Shown one piece after another: positions 55,333-64,000 of a stretch of DNA of 64,000 bases; the first letter of the stretch is position 1, and each line of letters opens with the position of its first letter. A model generated the notes under the pieces. It saw only the letters and a list, made by a program, of their open reading frames with translations. It had not been told where the DNA came from and did no database searches. Source of the DNA: an uncultured Acidobacteriota bacterium (lineage in GTDB: Bacteria; Acidobacteriota; Vicinamibacteria; Vicinamibacterales; UBA8438); the NCBI GenBank assembly GCA_913043225.1, contig CAJWLU010000002.1, positions 192,001-256,000 of the forward strand, written 5' to 3'. The position numbers and the translations under genes are program-made.

Positions 55333-58139
55333 CCCGCTTGTTCACCCACGTCCTGCGAGATCAGCCGACGAGCGTTATCACGCAGCCGCACTACCTCTTC
55401 GAAGGTGTCGGCGGTCGGTTGTTGCGGAGGGTGCACGGTCAGGGTGACCGTGCCCGGTCGAAGCAGGATGGTGTCGGCCGGGAAGATGTCGCGGGTTCCC
55501 TCAAGCGAAATCGGAACGACGGGGCGTCGGGCCGAGACCGCCGCTCGGAATGCGCCGAGGCGGAACGGGAGCAGTCCCGGCGCTCGGACGAAGGTGCCTT
55601 CGGGAAACACGAACATTGATTCGCCGGCCCTTAGCGCAGTGCTGACTTCGTCGGAGCTTTCCATCTTTTCCGTGTGGTCGCGCTTGTCGATGGTGATGTA
55701 GCCTGCCTTCGGGATGATGGTGCCGAGGATCGGATAGGTGGTCAGGCGTCCCTTCGCGGCAAAGCGGACGTCCACCGGTAAGGTGGCTAGGATGACGACC
55801 ACATCGAGGAAGCTGGCGTGGTTGGCGACGAAGATCGCCGGTTCCAGGCCGTCGAGATGGCGGAGACCACGTAACTCAAGTCGGCAGCCGGACACCGTCA
55901 CCACCCACTGGGCCGCGCGCTTGAGTCGGCGTCTGGCGGCGGCCACCGATCCACTGGCGGCTACCAGGGCCCAGACCACCGGCACGGTCACCACCAGGTG
56001 CGCCACAATGTAGCTGGTGTAGACCAGGCTGCCCGTCAGCGCCGCCACCCGTGCCACGCGCCCGGCGACCGCGCCCCAGGCCAGTCTGGCCCACTGGCGT
56101 GCCATGGAGCCCGTGCCTCCGTCGAGTTGTCCCGAAAGATACGCGTCGCGGGTCGCCGCGCGGCGGATCTTGCCGCTCGAGGTCTTGAGCACGGCACTGG
56201 GTTGCGCTAGTACCACCACGTCTGGGGGGAGGCCAAGCGCGGTGGTGACTTGGTCGAAGATTCGCTGGCGGAGCGTATCCCGTGTCCCGGTGTCGTTCGC
56301 CCGGGTCTCGGCCACGACGACCAGTTGCTCGGTGCCGGCGTCTTCGTCGACGACCCCGAACACCGCGACGCAACCCTTGCGCACCCCGTCGATGCCGGCG
56401 ACGATCGCCTCGGCCTCGTGGGGGTAGACGTTCCGGCCTGCCTTGATGATCACGTCCTTGTGACGTCCGGTGAGAAACAGCTCCCTGTTGGCTAGGTAGC
56501 CGAGGTCGCCGGAGTCAATCCAGCCGTCGTCGGTCGTGATCGCGGCGGTAGCCTCGGGGTTCCGGTAGTAGCCGGACATCATCGAAGGGCCCCGGAACTG
56601 AACCCGTCCCTCTCGCCGTTCGCCGAGCAGGGAGCCTGACGGATCGGCGATGCGGATTTCGTGCCGGGGCAGGGGAAGCCCGCAGGCGACAAATGCCAAT
56701 GCGTCGGCCGCCTCGCTAGGCTCGGCCCGGCCGTCTTGCCGGAACGTCCGGGCAATCCGGTCGACACGCGGCGGCTGGCGTTGCGGGGTGACGGCGAGAC
56801 CGACCGAACACTCGGCGAGGCCGTAGACCGGACGCATGACATCGGATCGGAGACCTGCCTCGGCGAAGCGTTTAGTGAATCGCTCCAGGGTCGCCGGGAG
56901 CACGGCCTCCGAGCCATTCAGCATGAGGCGGACCGAACTCAGGTCGACCCCGTCGATCTCCTCGTCGGTGATCTTGTTCGCGCACAGATCGAACGCGAAG
57001 TTGGGGCCGACGGCGACCGTCGCCCGGTGCGCGTGGATGGTCCAGAACCAGCGTGCCGGCCGGGCCAGGAAGGTGAGCGGCGACAGTATCGTCACCGGAA
57101 TGGCGAAGTACATGGTGCCGAGCCACGCTCCGATGAGGCCCATGTCGTGGTAGAGCGGAAGCCAGCTCACCGCGACGTCGTCCGGTTGGATCTCCAGCCC
57201 CTCTCCGATGGCCCGAACGTTAGCGAGAAGGTTCGCGTGGGTAAGGAGGACGCCCTTCGGCTGGCCGGTGCTGCCCGATGTGTACTGAATGAGGGCGGGG
57301 TCGTCACCGATCAGGCTCAACGGGGGCGCCGCAGGGAGTTCAGTACCGCCCTCTTCCAGGTCCGGGCAAAGATCCTCAAGGGTGGTGACGCCCGACAAGG
57401 TAGGGATCCGCCCGCGCAGCAGGTTGGCCAACCGCTCCACCTCGGCGAACGTGATCATTAGACGCGTGCCGGCGTTCGACAGGATGCCGACCTGGCGCTC
57501 GGCGTACTCCGCAATCCGATCGGGTCGGAACGGTGGATAGATTGGCACCGGCACCGCACCGGCCATCAGGGTTCCGAAGAACGCGGGGAAGAATGCGGCT
57601 TCGGTGCGGAGCATAAGCGTGACGGTGTCGCGCCGGCCGATGCCGCGCCGGCCGAGGGCGTGGGCGACCCGGACCGAACGACGCCACAGCTGCCCGTAGG
57701 TAATAGGCAGCTCGCTGCCGTCTTCTTCGCGCAGAAAGATGTGGGTCCGGTCTGGACGCTCCCTGGCGTGCCAACGGAGCACGTCGACGAGGGTTTCCGC
57801 GTCGTCGGGGGCAGGGGTGGCGAGATCGAGCGGGGTGACGATCTGCGGTCGACGTTCGTCGAGCGCAGGCTCCGCCGCCAGGATGGCCAGAGCCAGGTCG
57901 CGAGGCGACTCGATCGAGGCGATGGTCGCGTCGTTTAAGCGGACGCCCAGCTGCTGCTCGACCCGCGAGACCAACTCGATCCGTTCGAGCGAGCCGAGAC
58001 CCAGGTCACGCTCGAGAGTATCGTCGGGTCCGATCCCGGCGGCGGTCGAGCCGCGGCGCACCTCCCCAACAAGCTGTCCGACGAGCTGCAGTACCCGGTG
58101 CTCGAGTGCGGCGTGATCGTCGGGAGGCAGATTGGACAT
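55329..58139 (-). CDS. ACP - fatty acyl-AMP ligase - PlsC-type acyltransferase fusion
   Basis: LGLGSLER (ACP Ser), YTSGSTGQPKG, WLPLYHDMG, YGLAE, KTSSGK, NHASFLD, FPEGT. Confidence 0.88.
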   Translation of the reverse strand: MSNLPPDDHAALEHRVLQLVGQLVGEVRRGSTAAGIGPDDTLERDLGLGSLERIELVSRVEQQLGVRLNDATIASIESPRDLALAILAAEPALDERRPQIVTPLDLATPAPDDAETLVDVLRWHARERPDRTHIFLREEDGSELPITYGQLWRRSVRVAHALGRRGIGRRDTVTLMLRTEAAFFPAFFGTLMAGAVPVPIYPPFRPDRIAEYAERQVGILSNAGTRLMITFAEVERLANLLRGRIPTLSGVTTLEDLCPDLEEGGTELPAAPPLSLIGDDPALIQYTSGSTGQPKGVLLTHANLLANVRAIGEGLEIQPDDVAVSWLPLYHDMGLIGAWLGTMYFAIPVTILSPLTFLARPARWFWTIHAHRATVAVGPNFAFDLCANKITDEEIDGVDLSSVRLMLNGSEAVLPATLERFTKRFAEAGLRSDVMRPVYGLAECSVGLAVTPQRQPPRVDRIARTFRQDGRAEPSEAADALAFVACGLPLPRHEIRIADPSGSLLGERREGRVQFRGPSMMSGYYRNPEATAAITTDDGWIDSGDLGYLANRELFLTGRHKDVIIKAGRNVYPHEAEAIVAGIDGVRKGCVAVFGVVDEDAGTEQLVVVAETRANDTGTRDTLRQRIFDQVTTALGLPPDVVVLAQPSAVLKTSSGKIRRAATRDAYLSGQLDGGTGSMARQWARLAWGAVAGRVARVAALTGSLVYTSYIVAHLVVTVPVVWALVAASGSVAAARRRLKRAAQWVVTVSGCRLELRGLRHLDGLEPAIFVANHASFLDVVVILATLPVDVRFAAKGRLTTYPILGTIIPKAGYITIDKRDHTEKMESSDEVSTALRAGESMFVFPEGTFVRAPGLLPFRLGAFRAAVSARRPVVPISLEGTRDIFPADTILLRPGTVTLTVHPPQQPTADTFEEVVRLRDNARRLISQDVGEQAG

Positions 58140-58155
58140 GGAGCGGCGGGACTGG

Positions 58156-58770
58156 CTATCCCGCCGGGACTTCGACGCGACGGATTGATTCGATGATCAC
58201 GGGGTCGTTCGGGACGTCGAGCAGTGGGCCTTGGCTGCCGGTGCGTACGCGTCCGATCTCACTGATTACGTTCATGCCCTCGGTCACCCGTCCGAAGACG
58301 GCGTAGCCGATCCCGGCGTCGGTGGGATTCTTGAAGTCGAAGCTCGAATTGTCGTCCAGGTTGATGAAGAACTGCTGGCGGGCAGTGTTTCCCCCAGGCC
58401 CTCGCGCCATGGCAACCGTGCCGCGGCGGTTCTGGAGCGAACGGCTTGCCTGGTTGACGATGCTGCCACGGAGACCCTCTGACTTCGGTGCGAGCTGTTC
58501 CTCGGCTTCGACAGTGAAGCCACCACCCTGGATGATCGTGTCTCGAATTACCCGGTGGAACACCGTCCCGTCGTAGTAGCCCTCGATCACATAGGTCAGA
58601 AAGTTCACGACGGTGGCCGCGACCCGGTCGCGGTAGAGCTCGATCTCGAACGACCCCATGTTGGTCGTCACGAGAACGCGGGGATTCGGGGGCGGGTCCT
58701 GAGCCAGGACGGGAGTAACTGTGCCCAGGAGCGACAGTATCAGAGCGAGCGAGACGAGACGTGGTTGCAC
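58156..58770 (-). CDS. Exported cyclophilin-type peptidyl-prolyl isomerase (divergent copy)
   Basis: FHRVIRDTIIQGGG, GTVAMAR, QFFIN, YAVFGRV. Confidence 0.88.
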   Translation of the reverse strand: MQPRLVSLALILSLLGTVTPVLAQDPPPNPRVLVTTNMGSFEIELYRDRVAATVVNFLTYVIEGYYDGTVFHRVIRDTIIQGGGFTVEAEEQLAPKSEGLRGSIVNQASRSLQNRRGTVAMARGPGGNTARQQFFINLDDNSSFDFKNPTDAGIGYAVFGRVTEGMNVISEIGRVRTGSQGPLLDVPNDPVIIESIRRVEVPAG

Positions 58771-58812
58771 CGGGTCCTTCTTTCCTGAAGCGCGGCCGAC
58801 GGCCGCCGTGGG

Positions 58813-59394
58813 TCACTGCTGGACGGTAATCGACTCGATCACCACGGGGGTGTTCGGCAAGTCTCGGAACGACCCACGCGAGCCGGTGGCCACGTTCTCG
58901 ATCTGGTCTACGACATCAAGCCCTTCGGTGACGCGGCCGAAGACGGCATACCCGTAGGTCTGCGGTGTCGAGCCTCGATTGTTCAGCGCGTTGTTGTCGA
59001 CGGTGTTGATGAAAAACTGACGAGTCGCGCTGTCGACGACGTTGGTCCGCGCCATGGCCAGGGTGCCGCGATCGTTGGTCAGGCCATTGGTTGCCTCGTT
59101 CTTGATCGGATCGCGGGAGGAGAGCTGTTCCATCTCTGCCGTGAAGGCGCCGCCCTGAATCATGAACCCCTTGATGACCCGGTGGAAGACGGTGCCGCTA
59201 TAGGCTTCTTCTTCGACGTAGGATAAGAAGTTCTCGACCGAGATCGGCGCGTTCGCTCGATCGAGCTCCGCAGTGATGGTTCCCAGGCTTGTCTCGATGA
59301 CGACCACCGGGTTCTCTTGGGCGCGTGCTTCGATGCCGCCGATGGCCGACGTCAGACCGATGGTGGTTAGGGCAAGCAGCTGTCGTAGAGACAT
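58813..59394 (-). CDS. ppiA: Exported cyclophilin-type peptidyl-prolyl isomerase
   Basis: FHRVIKGFMIQGG, GTLAMART, SATRQFFIN, YAVFGRV. Confidence 0.9.
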   Translation of the reverse strand: MSLRQLLALTTIGLTSAIGGIEARAQENPVVVIETSLGTITAELDRANAPISVENFLSYVEEEAYSGTVFHRVIKGFMIQGGAFTAEMEQLSSRDPIKNEATNGLTNDRGTLAMARTNVVDSATRQFFINTVDNNALNNRGSTPQTYGYAVFGRVTEGLDVVDQIENVATGSRGSFRDLPNTPVVIESITVQQ

Positions 59395-59623
59395 GACGAT
59401 TTCCTCTGGCTGAACAGAAGCGGCGTCCGGAACGGCCCCGCTCATTCAAAATTTGGTATATCTGATCCAATCAGGCGTAGAACCGGCAGCACAGTAGGCG
59501 TAAAGTGCCAGGTTCTTCGGCGCTTATTTAACTACGCTCGCCAGGCACCGAGTATGCATAATTCAATGGAGAGCTGTCCAGTGGGGGTCGCGCCGTGGTG
59601 TTCCCGTCGTGTCGGAATTCAAC

Positions 59624-62611
59624 ATGAGCCTGCTTGATCGATTTCGTAGCCAGCCTGAGTGGCAGCATGACGATCCGTCAGTGCGCGCTTCGGCGGTCGA
59701 TGACCTTGGGGACGACGCGCAGGATTTGTTGACGGCGATCGCGTCTGAGGACGCCGACCCAAGGGTGCGGATGGCGGCTGTCGCGCGACTAACCGACCCC
59801 GACGCACTCGGCCGCATCCAGGCGTCGGAGCAGGACGAGCGCGTGCGCGACGAGGCGGCTGCCGTCTTGCGCGAGATCGCATTATCGGGCGCGGAGCCGG
59901 CGCGTGCGGCGCGTGCGGTCGCGGCGCTGGCAACGCCACGGGATCTGGGCGAGGTGGCCAGGATCACCGAATTGGAGGCCGTGAGTTTGGCCGCGCTGGC
60001 TCGATTGGATCGGCCGAAGGCCATCGGCGCGGTGGCCAGACGTGCCGCTCTGGCCGCCACCCGGCGGGCGGCCCTCGAACGTCTCGCCGATCACGAAGAG
60101 CTGTTGGCGGTCGCCGTTAAGAGCGAGCATCGGGATGTGGCGGTGGCGGCGTTCGAACGTGTTGTGCCAGACGAGAGCGACGATCTCACTTTGCTGCAGA
60201 GCATCGCCGTGCGCGCCCGCTCGAAGCCGGTGGCCCGCAAGGCACGGACGCGGCTGGCCGAGTTAGTAGGTCGACCCAAGGCACCGACCGCGAGCCAGCG
60301 CCAGGAGCGCCGCGAGCTGATGTGCGGACGGCTGGAAGCACTGGCGGTGGCCGACGGCGCGTCGGATGAGACGCGATTGGGCACCAAGCTCGAAGAGCTG
60401 GAGCGTGAGTGGGAGTCTCTGGCCGGGGATGTGTCCCCACCGGGAGAGGAGGATGCTACCGGGGTTACTGAACGCTGGCAGGCGGCCGTCGCGGGAGCCA
60501 AGCGCCGGCTGACCGAATTGGCTGACACTCGCATCGAAGCGCAGGGGCTTCCCCAGGCGGTGGCCGAAGCCGATGCCGCTCAGGTGGCGTTGTGCGATCG
60601 GTTGGAGGCTCGCCTCGACCAGTCCGACGAGGCTGGCGAGTCGCTGGAAGACACCCTGACGTCACTTCGGAGCGAATGGGAGGTGAGCGCTGGTGGCGAG
60701 TCGAGGTCCGGAGACAGCGATCCCAGACCGATCGACCAGCGGTTCCAGGCATTGCTCGCCCGCGCGGATGGGCAGATTCAACGCCGGCGGTCTGCAGCCG
60801 AGCGGCGCACCAGGCTGGAAGAGTTAGCCGCGGCGCTCGAAGAACTAAGTCAGGCGGATGACGTGGCCCGACTGACGCGCCAGTGGACGCGTCCGCGCGC
60901 CGAGTGGGCCGAATTGGTCGGGGCGTCCGAGCCCGAGGCCGTGGCCGATCTGGTGACTCGAGTCGAGGCGGCCGTCGCTCGCCGTGACGAACGGGTCGAG
61001 GCGATCCGTGCGCAGCAGCGCAAGCGAGAGCACGTGACGTTGGCCAAGCAGACGCGTCGCGCCGAGGAGATCGAAGAGGCGTTGACGAACGAACAGCTCG
61101 AGCTTCGCGAGGCCGAGCGGTGGCTCCGAATCACCCGTTCAGTACTCGGCAACATGGGCCGCCTACCGACCCGTGAGGATCGAGACGCACTCACCGAACG
61201 GTTCCAGGCAGTACAAGTGGCCTTGATCGGTCGAGTACGAGAGCTCCGCGGGTTCGCCGAATGGAAGCAGTGGGCCAATCTGGGTGTACAAGTAGCCTTG
61301 TGTCAGCGGATGGAGAAGCTGGCCACGCTCGAGGATGAAGCCGCCATGGCGCGCGAGTACCGGGACGTCATGACGGCCTGGCGCGATGCCGCCGATGTGC
61401 CGCGCGGCGAGGGAGACGAGATCTGGAAGCGCTTCAAGGCTGCGCATGAGGCGATCCAGCCTCGCGTCGATGCGCTTCAAGCCGCCCAGGATGCGCTTCG
61501 TGAGCAGCGGTTGTCTAAGAAGGTCTCCTTGTGCGAAGAGGCCGAGCGCCTGGCCGACTCGACCGACTGGGTCAAGACCGCTAAGAGGTTCACCGAGCTG
61601 CAGGCCGAGTGGAAGCAGGTCGGAGCAGCGACCCGCAGGCAGGAGCGCGAACTATGGAGCCGGTTCCGGGCCGCGTCGGGCCAGTTCTTCAGGCGACGGC
61701 GAGACGACCTCGCCGAGCGCCGCAAGGTGTGGGGAAAGAACGCCGAGGCCAAGGAGGCGTTCTGCGCCCAAGCTGAGGCGCTGGCCGACGAGAAGGACCT
61801 GGAGTCGGCCAAGAACACCGTCAAGCGGATGCAGGCGGAATGGAAGAATGTCGGTCCGGTGAAGCGGTCGCGCTCCGACGCGCTGTGGATCCGTTTCCGC
61901 GCGGCATGCGATGCCGTCTTCGATCGGGCCCAGGCGGAGGTCGACGCCGAGTTCGCCGACAAGATCGACGCCCGCGCAGCGGTGTGTGAGCGGCTCGAGC
62001 AGTTGGTGCCAGAGTCCGAGGGTGCCGAAGTCTCGGAGCCGCCCGAGGATCTCGCCGCGACGGTGTCGGCGACGCGATCCGAGTGGCGTCAGCTCCCGCA
62101 CGTGCCACGGCCTCATGAGCGAGGCCTGAGCACACGCTTCCAGGACGCGCTCGCTCGCGTAGTCGAGCGGTATCCGTCGGCGTTTGCCGGCACGGATCTG
62201 GATCCGGCACGTAATCGCGCCAAGCTCGAGCGCCTCTGCGGGACGGTCGAGGCGCTTCTCGAGGAGGCGTCTGCCCCATCGTCCACCGGGCAGAGTCCGG
62301 CCGAGGTTTTGGCGTCCCAGTTGCGCGAGGCCCTGGCCAGCAACACGATGGGCGCACGCATGGACACGGCCGCCAAGCAGCGCGCCGACACTGAGACCGT
62401 CCGTCAGGTGCAGTCCGAACGTCGGTCACTGGGCGTGATCCCCGGCGACGAAGGACGTCAGCTGTCGGATCGCTTCCGGAAGGCGTGCGAGCGGTTCTTC
62501 GCCAAGTTCCCGCCGCTCGACGATGCCCGCCCCGCGTCTCGGCGTGACGGACAGGCCCGTCGGCGTCGGCCCCGCCAGAAGGCGGTGTCTGGTCCCAGGG
62601 ATCGCGCCTGA
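59624..62611 (+). CDS. DUF349 repeat helical protein
   Basis: WQHDDPSVR, WKQWAN, repeated LQAEWKQVG...LWSRFRAA units. Confidence 0.85.
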   Translation: MSLLDRFRSQPEWQHDDPSVRASAVDDLGDDAQDLLTAIASEDADPRVRMAAVARLTDPDALGRIQASEQDERVRDEAAAVLREIALSGAEPARAARAVAALATPRDLGEVARITELEAVSLAALARLDRPKAIGAVARRAALAATRRAALERLADHEELLAVAVKSEHRDVAVAAFERVVPDESDDLTLLQSIAVRARSKPVARKARTRLAELVGRPKAPTASQRQERRELMCGRLEALAVADGASDETRLGTKLEELEREWESLAGDVSPPGEEDATGVTERWQAAVAGAKRRLTELADTRIEAQGLPQAVAEADAAQVALCDRLEARLDQSDEAGESLEDTLTSLRSEWEVSAGGESRSGDSDPRPIDQRFQALLARADGQIQRRRSAAERRTRLEELAAALEELSQADDVARLTRQWTRPRAEWAELVGASEPEAVADLVTRVEAAVARRDERVEAIRAQQRKREHVTLAKQTRRAEEIEEALTNEQLELREAERWLRITRSVLGNMGRLPTREDRDALTERFQAVQVALIGRVRELRGFAEWKQWANLGVQVALCQRMEKLATLEDEAAMAREYRDVMTAWRDAADVPRGEGDEIWKRFKAAHEAIQPRVDALQAAQDALREQRLSKKVSLCEEAERLADSTDWVKTAKRFTELQAEWKQVGAATRRQERELWSRFRAASGQFFRRRRDDLAERRKVWGKNAEAKEAFCAQAEALADEKDLESAKNTVKRMQAEWKNVGPVKRSRSDALWIRFRAACDAVFDRAQAEVDAEFADKIDARAAVCERLEQLVPESEGAEVSEPPEDLAATVSATRSEWRQLPHVPRPHERGLSTRFQDALARVVERYPSAFAGTDLDPARNRAKLERLCGTVEALLEEASAPSSTGQSPAEVLASQLREALASNTMGARMDTAAKQRADTETVRQVQSERRSLGVIPGDEGRQLSDRFRKACERFFAKFPPLDDARPASRRDGQARRRRPRQKAVSGPRDRA

Positions 62612-62642
62612 GCTAAACCCCCCGGGCGCCGGTCGGTTATTC

Positions 62643-62765
62643 ATGCAGGATTCCCAATCTCTCGTCAGCGAGTGGTTCACCATTCGCTTTCGTGCTGCGA
62701 TCCCCGCCCACACGTCGAGCTGGTTTCGGCGCCGACCGAGTCAGGAAAGACCCTCGCGTCATCCC
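62643..62765 (+). pseudogene. Remnant of an Lhr-like DEAD/H helicase N-terminus
   Basis: LVSEWFTIRFRAAIPA then, in a shifted frame, VELVSAPTESGKTLA. Confidence 0.45.
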
Positions 62766-62954
62766 GGAAGGAGCTGCTGGCGGCTCGGCGGCGCATGAAG
62801 GAGCGGAGTGAGATCCGAGGCGGCCGAGCTGCCTCGGTTGACACGTGCACAGCTTCGGTTCAGAGTGAAACGATCGGCGGCGGCTGAGCGAAAGCGTTGT
62901 GGATGCGGGGTTGACCCGTCCGGCCTGCGCTTGGTTCGAACATTGAGGTAGACG

Positions 62955-64000
62955 ATGAGTAGGCTCCGGTTCCCGGCGGCGTTGGCCTTTGCGCTTGCGA
63001 CGGCCTGTGGCGTGCCGCCACCTGAGTCGTCGTCGATTCGGGAGAATGTCGAGCGATTGGCGTCGGACGAATTCGGAGGCCGCCTGACCGGGACCGACGG
63101 GATCCGGCTGGCGGCGGATCACATCGTGACCGAGCTTCAGGCTATCGGCGCGGTGCCTCTGCCTGGCGCCGACGGATTTCGGCTGTCGTTCGACTACACC
63201 GGTAGCACTGAGGATGGCGGCACGTCGCTCGCGGTCGATGGCGTTGAGGCGACCGAGACTGGGGCCGTTCAGGCGCTTTCGTTCTCAGAGTCCGGCCAGG
63301 CGACCGGACCCCTGGTCTTCGCCGGGTACGGGTTGGTCGTGCCGGAGGTGGACGGTTTCAGCTACGACAGCTACGCCACGCTCGATGTCACCGACAAAAT
63401 CGTGGTGGTGCTGCGCTACTTTCCGGAGGATGCAGAGACCGACATCCGGGCGGCGCTCTCGAGATATGCCGGGCTGCGCTTTAAGGCGCAAGCCGCCCGC
63501 CAGCGCGGCGCTCTGGGTCTGCTCGTGGTGACTGGTCCGCGTTCTCCGAATGCCGGCGAGCTCGTGCGCATGACCGGGGACACGGCGGCCGCTGATTCCG
63601 GCATCGTCGCAGCAAGTGTCGACCAGGCCATGGGCGACACGCTGTTCGATCTGGTTCCGGGTCGAACGTTGGAAGAGGTGCAGGCCGAACTGGATTCAGG
63701 GAACCCGCATGTCGCCGGATTCGACATGGGGGCCGAGGCGACTCTTAACGTGCAAGTGGTGCGCGAGCAGCGGACTGGTTATAACGTGGTGGCCTACCTG
63801 CCAGAGACGACAGAGACGTTGACCGAGAAGCCCTATGTCATGCTCGGTGCGCACTACGACCACCTCGGTTTGGGTGAGGGCGGCAACTCCCTGGCCACGG
63901 GCGACGACGCGGGGCAGGTTCACAACGGTGCGGACGACAACGCGTCGGGGGTGGCCGCGGTGTTGTCCGCTGGTGGCGAGCTGGCCGACGAGGAGCGCGA
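62955..64000 (+). CDS. M28 family metallopeptidase with PA domain, lipoprotein (3' end outside window)
   Basis: Not in ORF track; lipobox LATAC, LASDEFGGRLTG, LVFAGYG, LGAHYDHLG, NGADDNASG. Confidence 0.9.
   Translation, partial: MSRLRFPAALAFALATACGVPPPESSSIRENVERLASDEFGGRLTGTDGIRLAADHIVTELQAIGAVPLPGADGFRLSFDYTGSTEDGGTSLAVDGVEATETGAVQALSFSESGQATGPLVFAGYGLVVPEVDGFSYDSYATLDVTDKIVVVLRYFPEDAETDIRAALSRYAGLRFKAQAARQRGALGLLVVTGPRSPNAGELVRMTGDTAAADSGIVAASVDQAMGDTLFDLVPGRTLEEVQAELDSGNPHVAGFDMGAEATLNVQVVREQRTGYNVVAYLPETTETLTEKPYVMLGAHYDHLGLGEGGNSLATGDDAGQVHNGADDNASGVAAVLSAGGELADEER

Noticed and set aside
1..64000. CRISPR arrays, rRNA, tRNA, transposases or integrases
   Set aside because: No regularly spaced repeats, RNA gene signatures or recombinase motifs were recognised by eye; a covariance-model scan was not possible
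3..64000. Many long overlapping ORFs in the track (for example 2403-3497, 5478-6434, 39007-39921, 52689-53675)
   Set aside because: Antisense or off-frame shadows of well-supported genes, typical of GC-rich DNA, with no recognisable motifs

Overview
GC-rich, densely coding bacterial window. The gene content (Oar-type TonB-dependent receptor, PQQ-repeat propeller, NIPSNAP, DUF6526, many lipoproteins) suggests a diderm, possibly Acidobacteriota; this is inference only. No rRNA, tRNA, CRISPR array or transposase was recognised. Main blocks: (1) 1-9.8 kb, a divergently arranged sulfation locus: PAPS synthesis (sat-cysC fusion), cysQ, a sulfotransferase, two alkaline-phosphatase-superfamily paralogues with apparently opposite membrane topology, a 63-aa LxxLGY protein, a membrane protein and a Thr-type sulfatase-like lipoprotein. 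(2) 15-22 kb, a GriC/GriD (EhpF/EhpG)-like carboxylate reductase pair coupled to a MacB/LolCDE-type ABC system. (3) 35-45.5 kb, a tight operon: TonB receptor, Fe-ADH, PQQ-like propeller, HemN-like radical SAM, chorismate-lyase-like protein, flavin-dependent halogenase-like enzyme, thioesterase and aryl-CoA ligase. Together with block 2 it may encode an undescribed (halo)hydroxybenzoate-derived metabolite or cofactor pathway. (4) A secreted DUF411/CopG-like gene with an in-frame TGA at the first Cys of its CGCC motif and a SECIS-like hairpin (candidate selenoprotein). (5) Housekeeping genes: topoisomerase IV-like pair, ptrB, arfB, plsC, TAXI-TRAP transporter, MATE, cyclophilins, DUF349, M28 peptidase. 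At least six broken genes or gene stubs indicate ongoing gene decay. All family calls come from motif recognition by eye, not from database searches.
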